IMG/VR virus record: IMGVR_UViG_3300017722_005389
Length of the DNA stretch: 64,000 bases
Source: a virus
Taxonomy: Duplodnaviria > Caudoviricetes
Direction: 5' to 3' (one strand)
A model generated the notes under the pieces. The model was given only the letters and a program-made list of their open reading frames with translations, made no database searches and was not told the origin of the DNA. The position numbers were made by a program, and so were the translations under genes. Of this stretch, positions 18,647 through 27,984 are shown in pieces (the stretch's first letter is position 1; the number at the start of each line of letters is the position of its first letter).

Positions 18647-19285
18647 TTATTTCTTAGGCTTGGTCTTAGTCCCACTTGGCTTAGTTTTTTCCTCCTGTCC
18701 AGCTTCAGGTTCATTCTGAAGGGATGTAGATTTGTCCAAGTAATTAAAAATTTGTTTTCTTTTGGATTTGATAAAGCTTGTGAGGATGGAATCAGATTTT
18801 CCATTGATGGCTGAGAAGTTCTCAAGGATTGATATGATGTATTCGGTCATAATATAGATGACCAGGATATTGTGTAGGGTATAGAAGAAGTACTCAGTAA
18901 TTTCCGAAAGAACATCTGGGTTGTCAACATAAGAAAGATAGAAGCTGTTGGTAACGAGTAATAGTCCAAGCCAAACAAAAATTTTAAGTCCGAATCTACT
19001 AAACTTTCTGCTGACGATTGGAATTCCTTTTACTACACTGGCACAAAGTCCTGTTATTAGTTCTAGGATTGCTGCAAAAATAAATCCAACGATAGCCATT
19101 GAAGATAGTCCAAGCCAAATTTCCAACGTAGCAAAGATGGAAAAGCTAAGGATCGAGAATGGGAGTGTGAATAGAAGTAACTTTGGGTGGACAAGAGAGT
19201 TAAAGAAGTCCGAAAGGTTTGCAAAGCCAAATTGGTGGACAAACAGATCGAGCTGGGATTCAATAATGGAGATGAGTGGTTTCAT
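18647..19285 (-). CDS. Putative holin
   Basis: Several TM helices; ELITGL.AS, SRKFSRFGLK, EY.ISILENF motifs of phage holin family 4-like proteins; TATTTAT motif upstream. Confidence 0.7.
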   Translation of the reverse strand: MKPLISIIESQLDLFVHQFGFANLSDFFNSLVHPKLLLFTLPFSILSFSIFATLEIWLGLSSMAIVGFIFAAILELITGLCASVVKGIPIVSRKFSRFGLKIFVWLGLLLVTNSFYLSYVDNPDVLSEITEYFFYTLHNILVIYIMTEYIISILENFSAINGKSDSILTSFIKSKRKQIFNYLDKSTSLQNEPEAGQEEKTKPSGTKTKPKK

Positions 19286-19404
19286 ATTTTTTATAAATAA
19301 ATATTCAATAAATATGATAGCAGTCAAGAATTTATGGGCTGTCCAAAAGAAAAAAAGGGTAATATCCTGAAGACATTACCCTTGGTTAGTTTAAGGTGGA
19401 CAAC

Positions 19405-19875
19405 TTAGAATAGATCTGCGTTTGAATATAAAAGTTCCGAGTCTTCTTTAGAAGGTTCAACAATTACAAAAGTGTCCAAGATTTTTTCAGAGATTTTTTT
19501 GATGAATGCTTCGACTGTTGTGAAGTAGATCTTTGATCCATTATGATTAGAGCATTCAATATGGATTCCATTATCTTTGTACAGTATTACGAATGAGCTT
19601 ATCTCCCTGTCCAAGTAAAGAGGTTCTCCTCCATTAGTCCCTTGAACTTTGTGGAACAAGTTATTTTTTAAATCTTCTGGCGTGTCCAGAAATACATTCA
19701 AGGGGGTACCTTTAGGATTTCTGTAGCCTTGTTGATGTACATAGTATAAGAAATCAATAACTTCACAATACGATTGATAGATCACTTCCTTCTTATAATT
19801 TTCCAAAGAAAGTTTATAATTTCTTTCGATGGTTTTTTGTTCCTTAAGAGTGTCAAAATAATTTTGATAATTCAT
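19405..19875 (-). CDS. Hypothetical early protein
   Basis: 156-aa ORF. Confidence 0.8.
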   Translation of the reverse strand: MNYQNYFDTLKEQKTIERNYKLSLENYKKEVIYQSYCEVIDFLYYVHQQGYRNPKGTPLNVFLDTPEDLKNNLFHKVQGTNGGEPLYLDREISSFVILYKDNGIHIECSNHNGSKIYFTTVEAFIKKISEKILDTFVIVEPSKEDSELLYSNADLF

Positions 19876-19893
19876 GTTGATTAAGTTTTAAGA

Positions 19894-20136
19894 TTAATGT
19901 TTACATCCTGCAGCGGACATAATCATAAATAATGTTACAAAAAGTATTAATTGGAACCATCTGACTCTTCTTGCGAATATAGTTTCAAGTCCATAGCAGA
20001 TTGAAAATCCGAAGCAGAATAAGGCTACTATTTCTCTAAATATAGGTTGGTCGCTGACTGCATCATAAATATCGAAAGCCCATACAAAGCTGATTGCCCA
20101 CCAAAAGATTGCTGTTATAACTTTGAAAACGAACAT
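19894..20136 (-). CDS. Small membrane protein
   Basis: Three hydrophobic segments; cassette promoter upstream. Confidence 0.75.
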   Translation of the reverse strand: MFVFKVITAIFWWAISFVWAFDIYDAVSDQPIFREIVALFCFGFSICYGLETIFARRVRWFQLILFVTLFMIMSAAGCKH

Positions 20137-20228
20137 AGCTTTAAATTTTAATAGTGAAATGATAGTAAAAATACAAAAGAAATTTCAAACTTCCAAAGAA
20201 ATTCAAAATTTCTTTTGGAAGTCCAATG

Positions 20229-20489
20229 TTAAAGATGAACAAAATTCTTGCAGTAGACGAAAAAAACCAAGTTTTTTATGCAGACTGAATCTGCTCTGTT
20301 GAGAGCTTGTTCAAGGTTATTATCGATAACTGCTTGAACAAAGCTTCCACCTAACAGAACTTTATCTCTTGTCATCATAATGGTTGCAGCAATATGGCAA
20401 ACATGGTATTCATCTTCTCCAATTGGCGCAGGTATGCCATTATAAAATTGTCCGAAAGCTTTTTCAGCTAATATATAATATTTTTCCAT
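20229..20489 (-). CDS. Hypothetical protein
   Basis: ORF, MMTRD..GGSFVQA motif. Confidence 0.7.
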   Translation of the reverse strand: MEKYYILAEKAFGQFYNGIPAPIGEDEYHVCHIAATIMMTRDKVLLGGSFVQAVIDNNLEQALNRADSVCIKNLVFFVYCKNFVHL

Positions 20490-20524
20490 AATAAAGTTAT
20501 TTTTGTACAATAAATCGATCAACT

Positions 20525-20716
20525 TTAGAAATTAGTTTTGAATTTATCATTCAACTGGTCGAAAAGGTCGTTGATTTTATCAACTTCTTTTTGGTAGTAA
20601 TCTTTCAACTCTTGGTGTTCAGCTTTGTCCATCTCATAGATATAAGTGTTCCTTAGAGTCAAAGTATTTGCCGTTAGGAGAACGAATTGTTCTTCTGTTA
20701 ATTTGAAATTTTTCAT
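20525..20716 (-). CDS. Hypothetical protein
   Basis: 63-aa ORF with shared leader. Confidence 0.7.
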   Translation of the reverse strand: MKNFKLTEEQFVLLTANTLTLRNTYIYEMDKAEHQELKDYYQKEVDKINDLFDQLNDKFKTNF

Positions 20717-20740
20717 AGTCTTTAAAGTTTTAATAGTAAT

Positions 20741-21244
20741 TTAAATATTGTTCTTAGATTCCAACCATTTTGAATATTCAAAATCTATGATGTCTTGCTT
20801 AACCTCATACACATTGTCATTGTAACGGTACAAATCATCTTCTTCTGACCAATAAATCAAGTCCAAAAATTCTTGTTCCACATAAGTTACGTTATATGTC
20901 CCATCGGCATAAACCTTTGCTGTTCCGTATACCTCACAGCTATCTTCATCAAACTCGGTTTCGGCATCCAAACCATATTCTCTACAGAGTATAGCCAAAT
21001 CTTCAAGATTAGGTGTCCACTTAGTCATATACCTTATTGAAAATTCTGTCCCATCAGCTATTTCATTTGGTTCATCTTTAACGATAAAACAGAAGTAACC
21101 ATTTTTTATATTCTCGCTGTGTATGGCTTGACCTTCATTGTATCTTTCTTCTGTGTAAGCAGCTTTGTTAATAGCATTGGTCAAAGCTTCGATTTTGTCC
21201 GAACTTCCTTTGAAAGAAGTAAAGTTGTTGCACCAATTCGGCAT
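20741..21244 (-). CDS. MPNWC-family (DUF1281/YubB ferredoxin-like) protein
   Basis: MPNWCNN start; MTKWTP motif. Confidence 0.65.
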   Translation of the reverse strand: MPNWCNNFTSFKGSSDKIEALTNAINKAAYTEERYNEGQAIHSENIKNGYFCFIVKDEPNEIADGTEFSIRYMTKWTPNLEDLAILCREYGLDAETEFDEDSCEVYGTAKVYADGTYNVTYVEQEFLDLIYWSEEDDLYRYNDNVYEVKQDIIDFEYSKWLESKNNI

Positions 21245-21311
21245 AAGTTTAAAGTTTTAATAGTGATTTAAAAATAAGAGCGTAAGCGATTAAAATTGTC
21301 CAACAAAAATA

Positions 21312-21356
21312 CAAAAGAAATCTTGAACTTCCAAATGAAATCCAAGATTTCTTTTG
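21312..21356 (-). promoter_or_regulatory. Cassette promoter inside a hairpin (representative copy)
   Basis: Minus strand TTTG + 20 nt + TATTTTTG; the spacer is the 3' arm of a 14-bp inverted repeat. Confidence 0.85.
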
Positions 21357-21388
21357 TGTAAACCCAAAATTTTTATTTTGAAATAATT

Positions 21389-21937
21389 TTATTTGTTTCT
21401 TTCGATTTCGGCATCGTACAGAACTTGCCATCTCAAAGGAATGTTTTTAATACAGACAAATTCCTCATCCTCCTCAAGTTGCATCTTATTATTCATTAAC
21501 TCAATCAGCGAGGTGTAATGATAGACAATGTCCAAACTCTCCTTCGGACAATTATTCTTTGTGTCCCAAGCGACAAAATCTTCTCTGAGGATGTTTGGCA
21601 GTTCTATTGGGGGAAACATATTATGCCAATTCTCTTTTACACAATAATCGCTGTCCATATCAAGCAAATGTTCAATGTCATTAGTTGCATAATGCATTCT
21701 ATTATATTCATCCATGTTCAAGTGAATCGAAATTCCCGAAAGTGTTTCGGCAGAACTATTGTGAATGATAGCGTGTAATTCACTCAACACTTTCTTTGCA
21801 CAATCCATTCGGTTTTGGATTTCAAGCAATTTGATTTCAAGAAGCACCATCTGTGCTAATACTTCTTTAGAGTGTACATCTTTGTTTGCATTTGGATTGG
21901 CAATCAACTCTCTGAGTTCTTTAAATTCTTTTAGCAT
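21389..21937 (-). CDS. Hypothetical protein
   Basis: 182-aa cassette gene. Confidence 0.8.
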   Translation of the reverse strand: MLKEFKELRELIANPNANKDVHSKEVLAQMVLLEIKLLEIQNRMDCAKKVLSELHAIIHNSSAETLSGISIHLNMDEYNRMHYATNDIEHLLDMDSDYCVKENWHNMFPPIELPNILREDFVAWDTKNNCPKESLDIVYHYTSLIELMNNKMQLEEDEEFVCIKNIPLRWQVLYDAEIERNK

Positions 21938-22043
21938 AATCTTTAAGTTTTAATAGTGAATAAGTGATTTAAAATTGTCCAACAAAAATACAAAAGAAAG
22001 TTGACATTTCCAAGAGAAGCATCAACTTTCTTTTGAAATAATA

Positions 22044-22283
22044 TTATTTTTTTTCTGTTCCGTATTCTTCAATATAATACGCCACATCATTCCAAGTTAT
22101 GCCATAACTTGCATCATGATGCTTAATCATATCCTCCAAAGCCTCTTGCGCTGCTTCTTTGTCTATGGTGTATGCCGAATCGTTATATTCTATAAAATCC
22201 TGCACAGACCACTTGATGGATTCTTTTTTGTACTGCTGAAATTCAGCCAGTAATTGCTCATACATTTCTTTGTAATTTTCCAT
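22044..22283 (-). CDS. Hypothetical protein
   Basis: 79-aa ORF. Confidence 0.75.
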   Translation of the reverse strand: MENYKEMYEQLLAEFQQYKKESIKWSVQDFIEYNDSAYTIDKEAAQEALEDMIKHHDASYGITWNDVAYYIEEYGTEKK

Positions 22284-22295
22284 AGCTGTTATAGT

Positions 22296-22502
22296 TTAAT
22301 AAATGTTTAATAATTCTTTTTCTACTGCATTGTAAAAGTTGATTTGGTTTACATTGTGCTTGTCTCCGTTAAACTTTTTTAGGTCTATCAAATACTTTCT
22401 TATCTGTCTTAAAAATTTCTCATTAGATTTGAAAGCATGCTTCTCTACCTCTATGAATTCTAAGACTCTTTTTTTAGTCGCATAATAAGTTACCTTTCTC
22501 AT
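22296..22502 (-). CDS. Hypothetical protein
   Basis: 68-aa ORF. Confidence 0.7.
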   Translation of the reverse strand: MRKVTYYATKKRVLEFIEVEKHAFKSNEKFLRQIRKYLIDLKKFNGDKHNVNQINFYNAVEKELLNIY

Positions 22503-22523
22503 AGCTGTTATAATTTAAAGTGA

Positions 22524-22736
22524 TTAAAACCAATCCAACTCAAGTAGTGAGATTTTACCCTCTAATATGCCTTGCATTGTCTCTTTGCTAACAATCGCAT
22601 TTACCCAACCACCGCAGGTTTCTGTGATGTCAAATTTGTCCTCAGACATTCTGTAAACATCACGAGTAATCAACCCGAATTTCCAATCAATAGAATGTCC
22701 AATTGGCAAGTTCATAATTTTTTCCATAGCTGTCAT
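22524..22736 (-). CDS. Hypothetical protein
   Basis: 70-aa cassette gene. Confidence 0.7.
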   Translation of the reverse strand: MTAMEKIMNLPIGHSIDWKFGLITRDVYRMSEDKFDITETCGGWVNAIVSKETMQGILEGKISLLELDWF

Positions 22737-22805
22737 AATAGTATAAATTTTAATTGTGAATTAATTGTAGTACAAAAATAGAAAATACTTTTCACATTTC
22801 ATAAT

Positions 22806-23111
22806 TTATTTTGAAATTTCTTTTGTAATAATTACTTTTTCAATAAATTTCCCATGTACGAAAATATCCCCCAATCCAACTTCATCTGTTGACAATACGG
22901 TTGCCAAGCAATATTCTAAGATTTCTTGTCTGTGTTCTCTTGCAATATCATCCTGCTCACCTTTCAAGCGATAAACAAACTCTCTTGGTTCATCTGCATC
23001 ATTTTCAAATGCGTGAATCAGTTTTGTGTTGACATCATAAAAGATATCAAAGGTGTTGTCATTGGTAGTGTTGTCAGCCAATTCAATTTGCTCTAAAAAT
23101 AATTCTAACAT
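22806..23111 (-). CDS. Hypothetical acidic protein
   Basis: 101-aa cassette gene. Confidence 0.75.
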   Translation of the reverse strand: MLELFLEQIELADNTTNDNTFDIFYDVNTKLIHAFENDADEPREFVYRLKGEQDDIAREHRQEILEYCLATVLSTDEVGLGDIFVHGKFIEKVIITKEISK

Positions 23112-23207
23112 AGCTGTAAGTGTTTAAATAGTGAATTAAAGATAGTGTAAAATTACAAAAGAAATCTCGAACTTCCAAATGAAATCCGAAATTTCTTTTG
23201 AAATAAA

Positions 23208-23660
23208 TTAAAATACTTTTGAGTAATCTTCTTTGTTAAAGAGTTTTATAATATCTCTCAATACATCTGTATAATTCTCAAGAGGAATGTTTATACTAAA
23301 TTCAACGTAACCATGCCCAGTACCATCCCCTAAAAAGTTTTTATCTGCTTTTGAGGTTTCTTTATACTTTTCATATAACTCTCCTAAGCTAATAAATTGA
23401 GTGCTTTCTCTATAACCTAATACTTTCATTTTAAACTTAACAGAATCCTTTGTAGCGTAAAATGAAGGCACTTCATATCTTTGACCTATTTTGCCTAAAT
23501 GAATAGTGCAATAGGAATTGTAGTCGTGTACTTCAACATTTATTCTAAATACATTTGAGAGGTCATTTGCTAATGTTTTTGCAAATGCTTTGTTTCTTTT
23601 AACGTTATCAATTTCGGTTCTTTCAGAATCCAACATTGCTTGAAGAAATAAGTTTTCCAT
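23208..23660 (-). CDS. Hypothetical protein, tandem paralog A
   Basis: MENLFLQAM..SERTEIDN shared with 23781. Confidence 0.85.
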   Translation of the reverse strand: MENLFLQAMLDSERTEIDNVKRNKAFAKTLANDLSNVFRINVEVHDYNSYCTIHLGKIGQRYEVPSFYATKDSVKFKMKVLGYRESTQFISLGELYEKYKETSKADKNFLGDGTGHGYVEFSINIPLENYTDVLRDIIKLFNKEDYSKVF

Positions 23661-23780
23661 AATAGTATAAATTTTAATAGTGAATTAAAGATAGTGTAAA
23701 ATTACAAAAGAAATCTTGAACTTCCAAATAAAATTCAAGATTTCTTTTGTGTAAACCCAAAATTTTTATTTTGAAATAAT

Positions 23781-24239
23781 TTAAAATACTTTGGCGTATC
23801 TATTTAATTTAAACAATGATAGAATATCCTTTAGAACATCATCATAATTCTGAAGGGGAATTTGTATTCTAAACGTAACGTTACCATGCCCACTTTTCTC
23901 ATTTAAGAAATTATTATCTGCTGTAGCTGAATCTTTATATTTCTCATATAAATCTCCTAACAGCCTTCCAAAAAGTTGCGACTCACCTCTATACCCCAAT
24001 ACATTCATATTGAATATGACACCATCTTTTTTAGCAATAAAGTATGGGCAATTAAATCTTTGACTCATTGTTCCAACATAAATTTGTGAAGAATCAATAG
24101 AATCACTGATTTGCAAATTTATTTGAAATACTTTCGAAAGGTCATTTGCTAATTTTCTTGCGAAATCTTTGTTTGCTTTAATGTTATCAATTTCAGTTCT
24201 TTCAGAAATTGGCATTGCTTGAAGAAATAAGTTTTCCAT
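23781..24239 (-). CDS. Hypothetical protein, tandem paralog B
   Basis: Colinear similarity to 23208 along its whole length. Confidence 0.85.
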   Translation of the reverse strand: MENLFLQAMPISERTEIDNIKANKDFARKLANDLSKVFQINLQISDSIDSSQIYVGTMSQRFNCPYFIAKKDGVIFNMNVLGYRGESQLFGRLLGDLYEKYKDSATADNNFLNEKSGHGNVTFRIQIPLQNYDDVLKDILSLFKLNRYAKVF

Positions 24240-24366
24240 AATAGTATAAATTTTAATAGTGAAATAAATAGAATGTAAAATTACAAAAGAAACTCCAAAC
24301 TTCCAAATAAAATTCAGAGTTTCTTTTGTGTAAACCCAAAATTTTTATTTTGAAATAATTTAAAAG

Positions 24367-24579
24367 TTACATTTCACGAACCCATTCATCAGCATCATCA
24401 TTTGAGATTCCGAATTTTCTACAGAGAATATCCACAATTATATCTTGTGTAATAAACTCTTCTTCGTCATCAGTATCCATACAATTTCTTACAATGCCTT
24501 CTTCTACAAGAGAGTCAACAATTTCAATAGCCAAATCTCTAACGTAATCCAAATCTTTCGGGAAGTTAATCGTTTCCAT
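24367..24579 (-). CDS. Hypothetical acidic protein
   Basis: Start moved to METINF. Confidence 0.75.
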   Translation of the reverse strand: METINFPKDLDYVRDLAIEIVDSLVEEGIVRNCMDTDDEEEFITQDIIVDILCRKFGISNDDADEWVREM

Positions 24580-24676
24580 AATCTTAATGTTTAAATAGTG
24601 AAATAATTTAATTGTAGTACAAAAATAGAAAATACTTTTCACATTTCATAATTTCTTTTGAAATAATTTTATTACA

Positions 24677-24910
24677 TTAACGAATTCCTTTATTCCATCG
24701 ACCTCGGAATAATCTGCCATTTTCTTTATCATTATTATTATAAGCATAAAACAAATCACCATAATGTGATGTAGATAATAAATCTACATTATCATAAACG
24801 GATAAATCCACCTCTTTTTCAGGGTAATACCAATCGGTATTATTTTTTAACCAACCCCAACATTCGATAGTTATTTTACCATTTTCCATAAAATCAGAAA
24901 AACTTTGCAT
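24677..24910 (-). CDS. Hypothetical protein
   Basis: 77-aa cassette gene. Confidence 0.7.
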   Translation of the reverse strand: MQSFSDFMENGKITIECWGWLKNNTDWYYPEKEVDLSVYDNVDLLSTSHYGDLFYAYNNNDKENGRLFRGRWNKGIR

Positions 24911-25011
24911 AAAATAAATTTTAATAAGTGAATTAAATATTTGACCCTACAAAGATATGCAAAGCAATTCACATTTCCAAATGAAATCCAAGATTTCTTT
25001 TGAAATAATTT

Positions 25012-25851
25012 TCAATAAATTTCATCTAAGTCGATTCCGTGAGTTTCATACCACCATTCTTTTGACTTATTAGAATGTTTATCCTTTAATCTGTTATATC
25101 GTTCCAAAATTTTGTTTTGGCGTTCAATTTCATTATTAAAAAACTCATGTTCTAATACTTCTCTACACTTGTATATTTCACGAAGTATTTTACGTAAAAC
25201 ATAACCTTGTTTTAGATTAGAGGGTATATAACCACTTTCTATAATTTTTAGAGCCGTATCTTTGAGTGTTTCAACTTTATCTATTTTTTTACCATTGACA
25301 AACATTTCAAGTCTTTCAAGCCCAAATCCAACATCAATACAATTATCAAGTGGGTTGACAATATTACCAATTTCAATACCATCAACAAAAAATTCTGTAC
25401 AATAACCTCCTATTTCACCATCGCTCCAATGACAGTTTTCATCGTCTACTATTACATCCTCAATGCCCAGTTGATTATAATATCCAAGCCACTCTTTTCT
25501 GTCACTATGAATTGTAACATAATCGGGTGTAATACCTATTTTTTTTAAGAATGTAACCCAAAAGATAATAGTATCTTCAATAGACATCTCTCTGAATGAG
25601 AATAACCCAATCATATTAAAATAGAGCAAATGGGATAAATCGCCTATTTCTTCAAAGTCATTCATTCGAATACAAGCTTGAACATTTGAAACAGTATTTT
25701 TATATTCGCTATCTTTGAATTGACATTTGAATTTTTGCATTCCTGCAGGGCAAAACAAAGTTGTATTGTCATAAGGATTTACTTTGTTTTCAATGCTAAA
25801 GAAGATATTTTTTTCTTCGCAAAATTTTTGGTATTCTTCAATAATATTCAT
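25012..25851 (-). CDS. alaS: Minimal alanyl-tRNA synthetase-like protein (catalytic core only)
   Basis: TLFCPAGMQKFK, QACIR, HLLYFNMIGLFSF, IEIGNIV, IDVGFGLERL, PSNLKQGYVLRKILR; 279 aa, no editing or C-Ala domains. Confidence 0.9.
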   Translation of the reverse strand: MNIIEEYQKFCEEKNIFFSIENKVNPYDNTTLFCPAGMQKFKCQFKDSEYKNTVSNVQACIRMNDFEEIGDLSHLLYFNMIGLFSFREMSIEDTIIFWVTFLKKIGITPDYVTIHSDRKEWLGYYNQLGIEDVIVDDENCHWSDGEIGGYCTEFFVDGIEIGNIVNPLDNCIDVGFGLERLEMFVNGKKIDKVETLKDTALKIIESGYIPSNLKQGYVLRKILREIYKCREVLEHEFFNNEIERQNKILERYNRLKDKHSNKSKEWWYETHGIDLDEIY

Positions 25852-25950
25852 AAAATAAAATTTAATAAGTGAATTAAATATTTGACCCTACAAAGATATG
25901 CAAAGCAATTCACATTTCCAAAAGAAATGCAAAATTATTTCAAAAGAATT

Positions 25951-26577
25951 TTAAATTCTTCCTCTGAAGTATTTAAGTTCCTCGTTATAGTTTATTTTCT
26001 TTCTAACGAAGTTTAAAATACTTTCCTTTGTAAGTTGCCCACTTGCATCACAAAGTGGATAATTTTGCGTTCTGATGATTTCAGAAGCTGGATATGGGTT
26101 GCCTTGATGATTTATGAATGCTGGCAGAAACGTTGACATTTCCAACCTGATAAAACTATTAAGCTTGACACCAGAAAACTTTTCATTTGCTTCCCAGATT
26201 GTTACAGCTGCTTTGGCTTGTTCAACATAATTCATTTGAAGCAACTCTTCTTTAGAAACCTTTAAAAGTTCTCTTGCGTGATCACCAAACATTATAAGTC
26301 CAGCAAAGCCACCACCATCAGCTTTTGGATCCATACCAGATTCACCCCACATTATAAGCAAACAGAATTTCCAATCCAATTTTCTGGCATCACCAAAAGA
26401 TTTCAATACTTTGACAAACTCTTCCCTTTCAACATCAGGAACCTTGCAAAGCAACTCTTTGACATCTGAGTGTTCAATTTCAATGGGAAGAGGTACCTTT
26501 ATTGAATGCGCATAATTTTTTGGCGCAGCAGCGATCAATGTAATACATAAAAAAATAGAAGTAAAAATTGTTTTCAT
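25951..26577 (-). CDS. Secreted lytic transglycosylase (SLT-like)
   Basis: Signal peptide; IMWGESGMDPKA...GLIMF. Confidence 0.7.
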   Translation of the reverse strand: MKTIFTSIFLCITLIAAAPKNYAHSIKVPLPIEIEHSDVKELLCKVPDVEREEFVKVLKSFGDARKLDWKFCLLIMWGESGMDPKADGGGFAGLIMFGDHARELLKVSKEELLQMNYVEQAKAAVTIWEANEKFSGVKLNSFIRLEMSTFLPAFINHQGNPYPASEIIRTQNYPLCDASGQLTKESILNFVRKKINYNEELKYFRGRI

Positions 26578-26595
26578 AATAAAATTGTTTTAAAT

Positions 26596-26628
26596 AAAAA
26601 AACCCTTGGGCTCACTACTTCCCAAGGG
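26596..26628 (-). terminator. Intrinsic terminator
   Basis: Minus: cccttggg-aagtagtgag-cccaaggg-ttttttt. Confidence 0.8.
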
Positions 26629-26675
26629 CAATTCACTATTAAACTATAAGAACTTTTTCTTTGGGAACTTATGAG

Positions 26676-26828
26676 TTATTCCCAGGAGCATTTTTGTTTT
26701 CGATTGTATTTTTTAGCGTTCTTATGGACTTTTTTAATCGCATAAAACCCATGCGGATGCTTCTCCAGATAGACTTCTCTTGCACCAGAACCGCAAGCTT
26801 TCTCAAGAATTTTATTTGATTTTTTCAT
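26676..26828 (-). CDS. Small basic protein (not in ORF track)
   Basis: MKKSNKILEKACGSGAREVYLEKHPHGFYAIKKVHKNAKKYNRKQKCSWE, 50 aa. Confidence 0.55.
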   Translation of the reverse strand: MKKSNKILEKACGSGAREVYLEKHPHGFYAIKKVHKNAKKYNRKQKCSWE

Positions 26829-26863
26829 AAGTGGCTGTATATCATATTATAAATAGTATCCAA

Positions 26864-27367
26864 CTATATAAAAAGTGTATCACCAACTTTGGTGCCAGAA
26901 AATAATCTGGCTTCAGAAACTATAAATTTTCTAAATTGGGTGCTTTGCATATAGTTAAATCTGATGTCATCTTTTATTTTTGTGAGGGGTCTTCTTGTGT
27001 CCTCTTTAGTAGATTCAGATATTTGTTCTTTGGATTCAAGGAACCCGAACAAGTACAACTTGTCATCCTTCTTTTGTAGTCCAACCCCGATATTTTCATA
27101 AGGGTCCTTCCAATTGGAGTCCTCAGAAGCTTTCTTAGGAAACATAATCTTCTGAAGAATTTCTTGTCTAGCTTCTTCATAAACCTGCTCTTCAAAAGAA
27201 AGGTTTGAAAGTGTATTGATGTCATGTCCAATGCATTCATAGACATTCTTCTTGATATCTATAAGGTATTGTGCTGATTCTCCTTTGGAGTTGGTGTATT
27301 CCATACAGATGCATCTTACATCTTCGGTCAACTCATTCCAGCGATTTGAAACTTCTGTTACTTGCAT
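26864..27367 (-). CDS. Hypothetical protein, paralog of 42629..43282
   Basis: YTNxxGE and DTR..LTK.KD..M.S..FR.F.V shared. Confidence 0.8.
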   Translation of the reverse strand: MQVTEVSNRWNELTEDVRCICMEYTNSKGESAQYLIDIKKNVYECIGHDINTLSNLSFEEQVYEEARQEILQKIMFPKKASEDSNWKDPYENIGVGLQKKDDKLYLFGFLESKEQISESTKEDTRRPLTKIKDDIRFNYMQSTQFRKFIVSEARLFSGTKVGDTLFI

Positions 27368-27480
27368 AATAAATATTTTAATTGCAAATGTACAACTTTA
27401 TTTTTTAAAAAAGAAGGGTTCAAAGGAAAAAATTTTAATTTTCTTAAGAACCCTCCGAAAACTCAAAATTATACTAATAC

Positions 27481-27798
27481 CTAAAGTACAAAACAAGGTA
27501 CTGAAACTATATGTCCAGCTTCATTTCTTACAACAGCTGGATGTCCAGTTGCAGGTGCAAGACAATCAGTTCTCCCTTGAAGCTTTGCAGCTGTCAGAAC
27601 CACTGCTGAAACTATAAAGAAAGTTCCCTCTGCTGAATCGGGCAGGTCTTGAACTGTCCCAAACACTTGGGAACAAATTCCGTTTTCTATTTCAGAGAAT
27701 GTCGCAGAAACTCTTGCAACAGTCCCAGATTTTACAAATACTGTCCCATCGTTGAAAACGATATCGTGTGGGGTGCAATTGATGAATGTAGCAGTCAT
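27481..27798 (-). CDS. Hypothetical protein
   Basis: INCTPHDI...IVSAVV motif; 105 aa. Confidence 0.8.
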   Translation of the reverse strand: MTATFINCTPHDIVFNDGTVFVKSGTVARVSATFSEIENGICSQVFGTVQDLPDSAEGTFFIVSAVVLTAAKLQGRTDCLAPATGHPAVVRNEAGHIVSVPCFVL

Positions 27799-27984
27799 AG
27801 TAGTAAAGATTTAAATGTTAATAAAATTTTTCAATGCTGCTTTGCCTGCAATGGGTTTAGTGTGAAAAAATACGGGCTTTAGGGTTTCCCACTCCCTTTT
27901 TTTTTATTTTATAAACAAAATCCCGATTTTTTCTTTGACTTCTTTATATTCACGAAATAGTCTTTTTAGTTTTAAAAAATAAAT

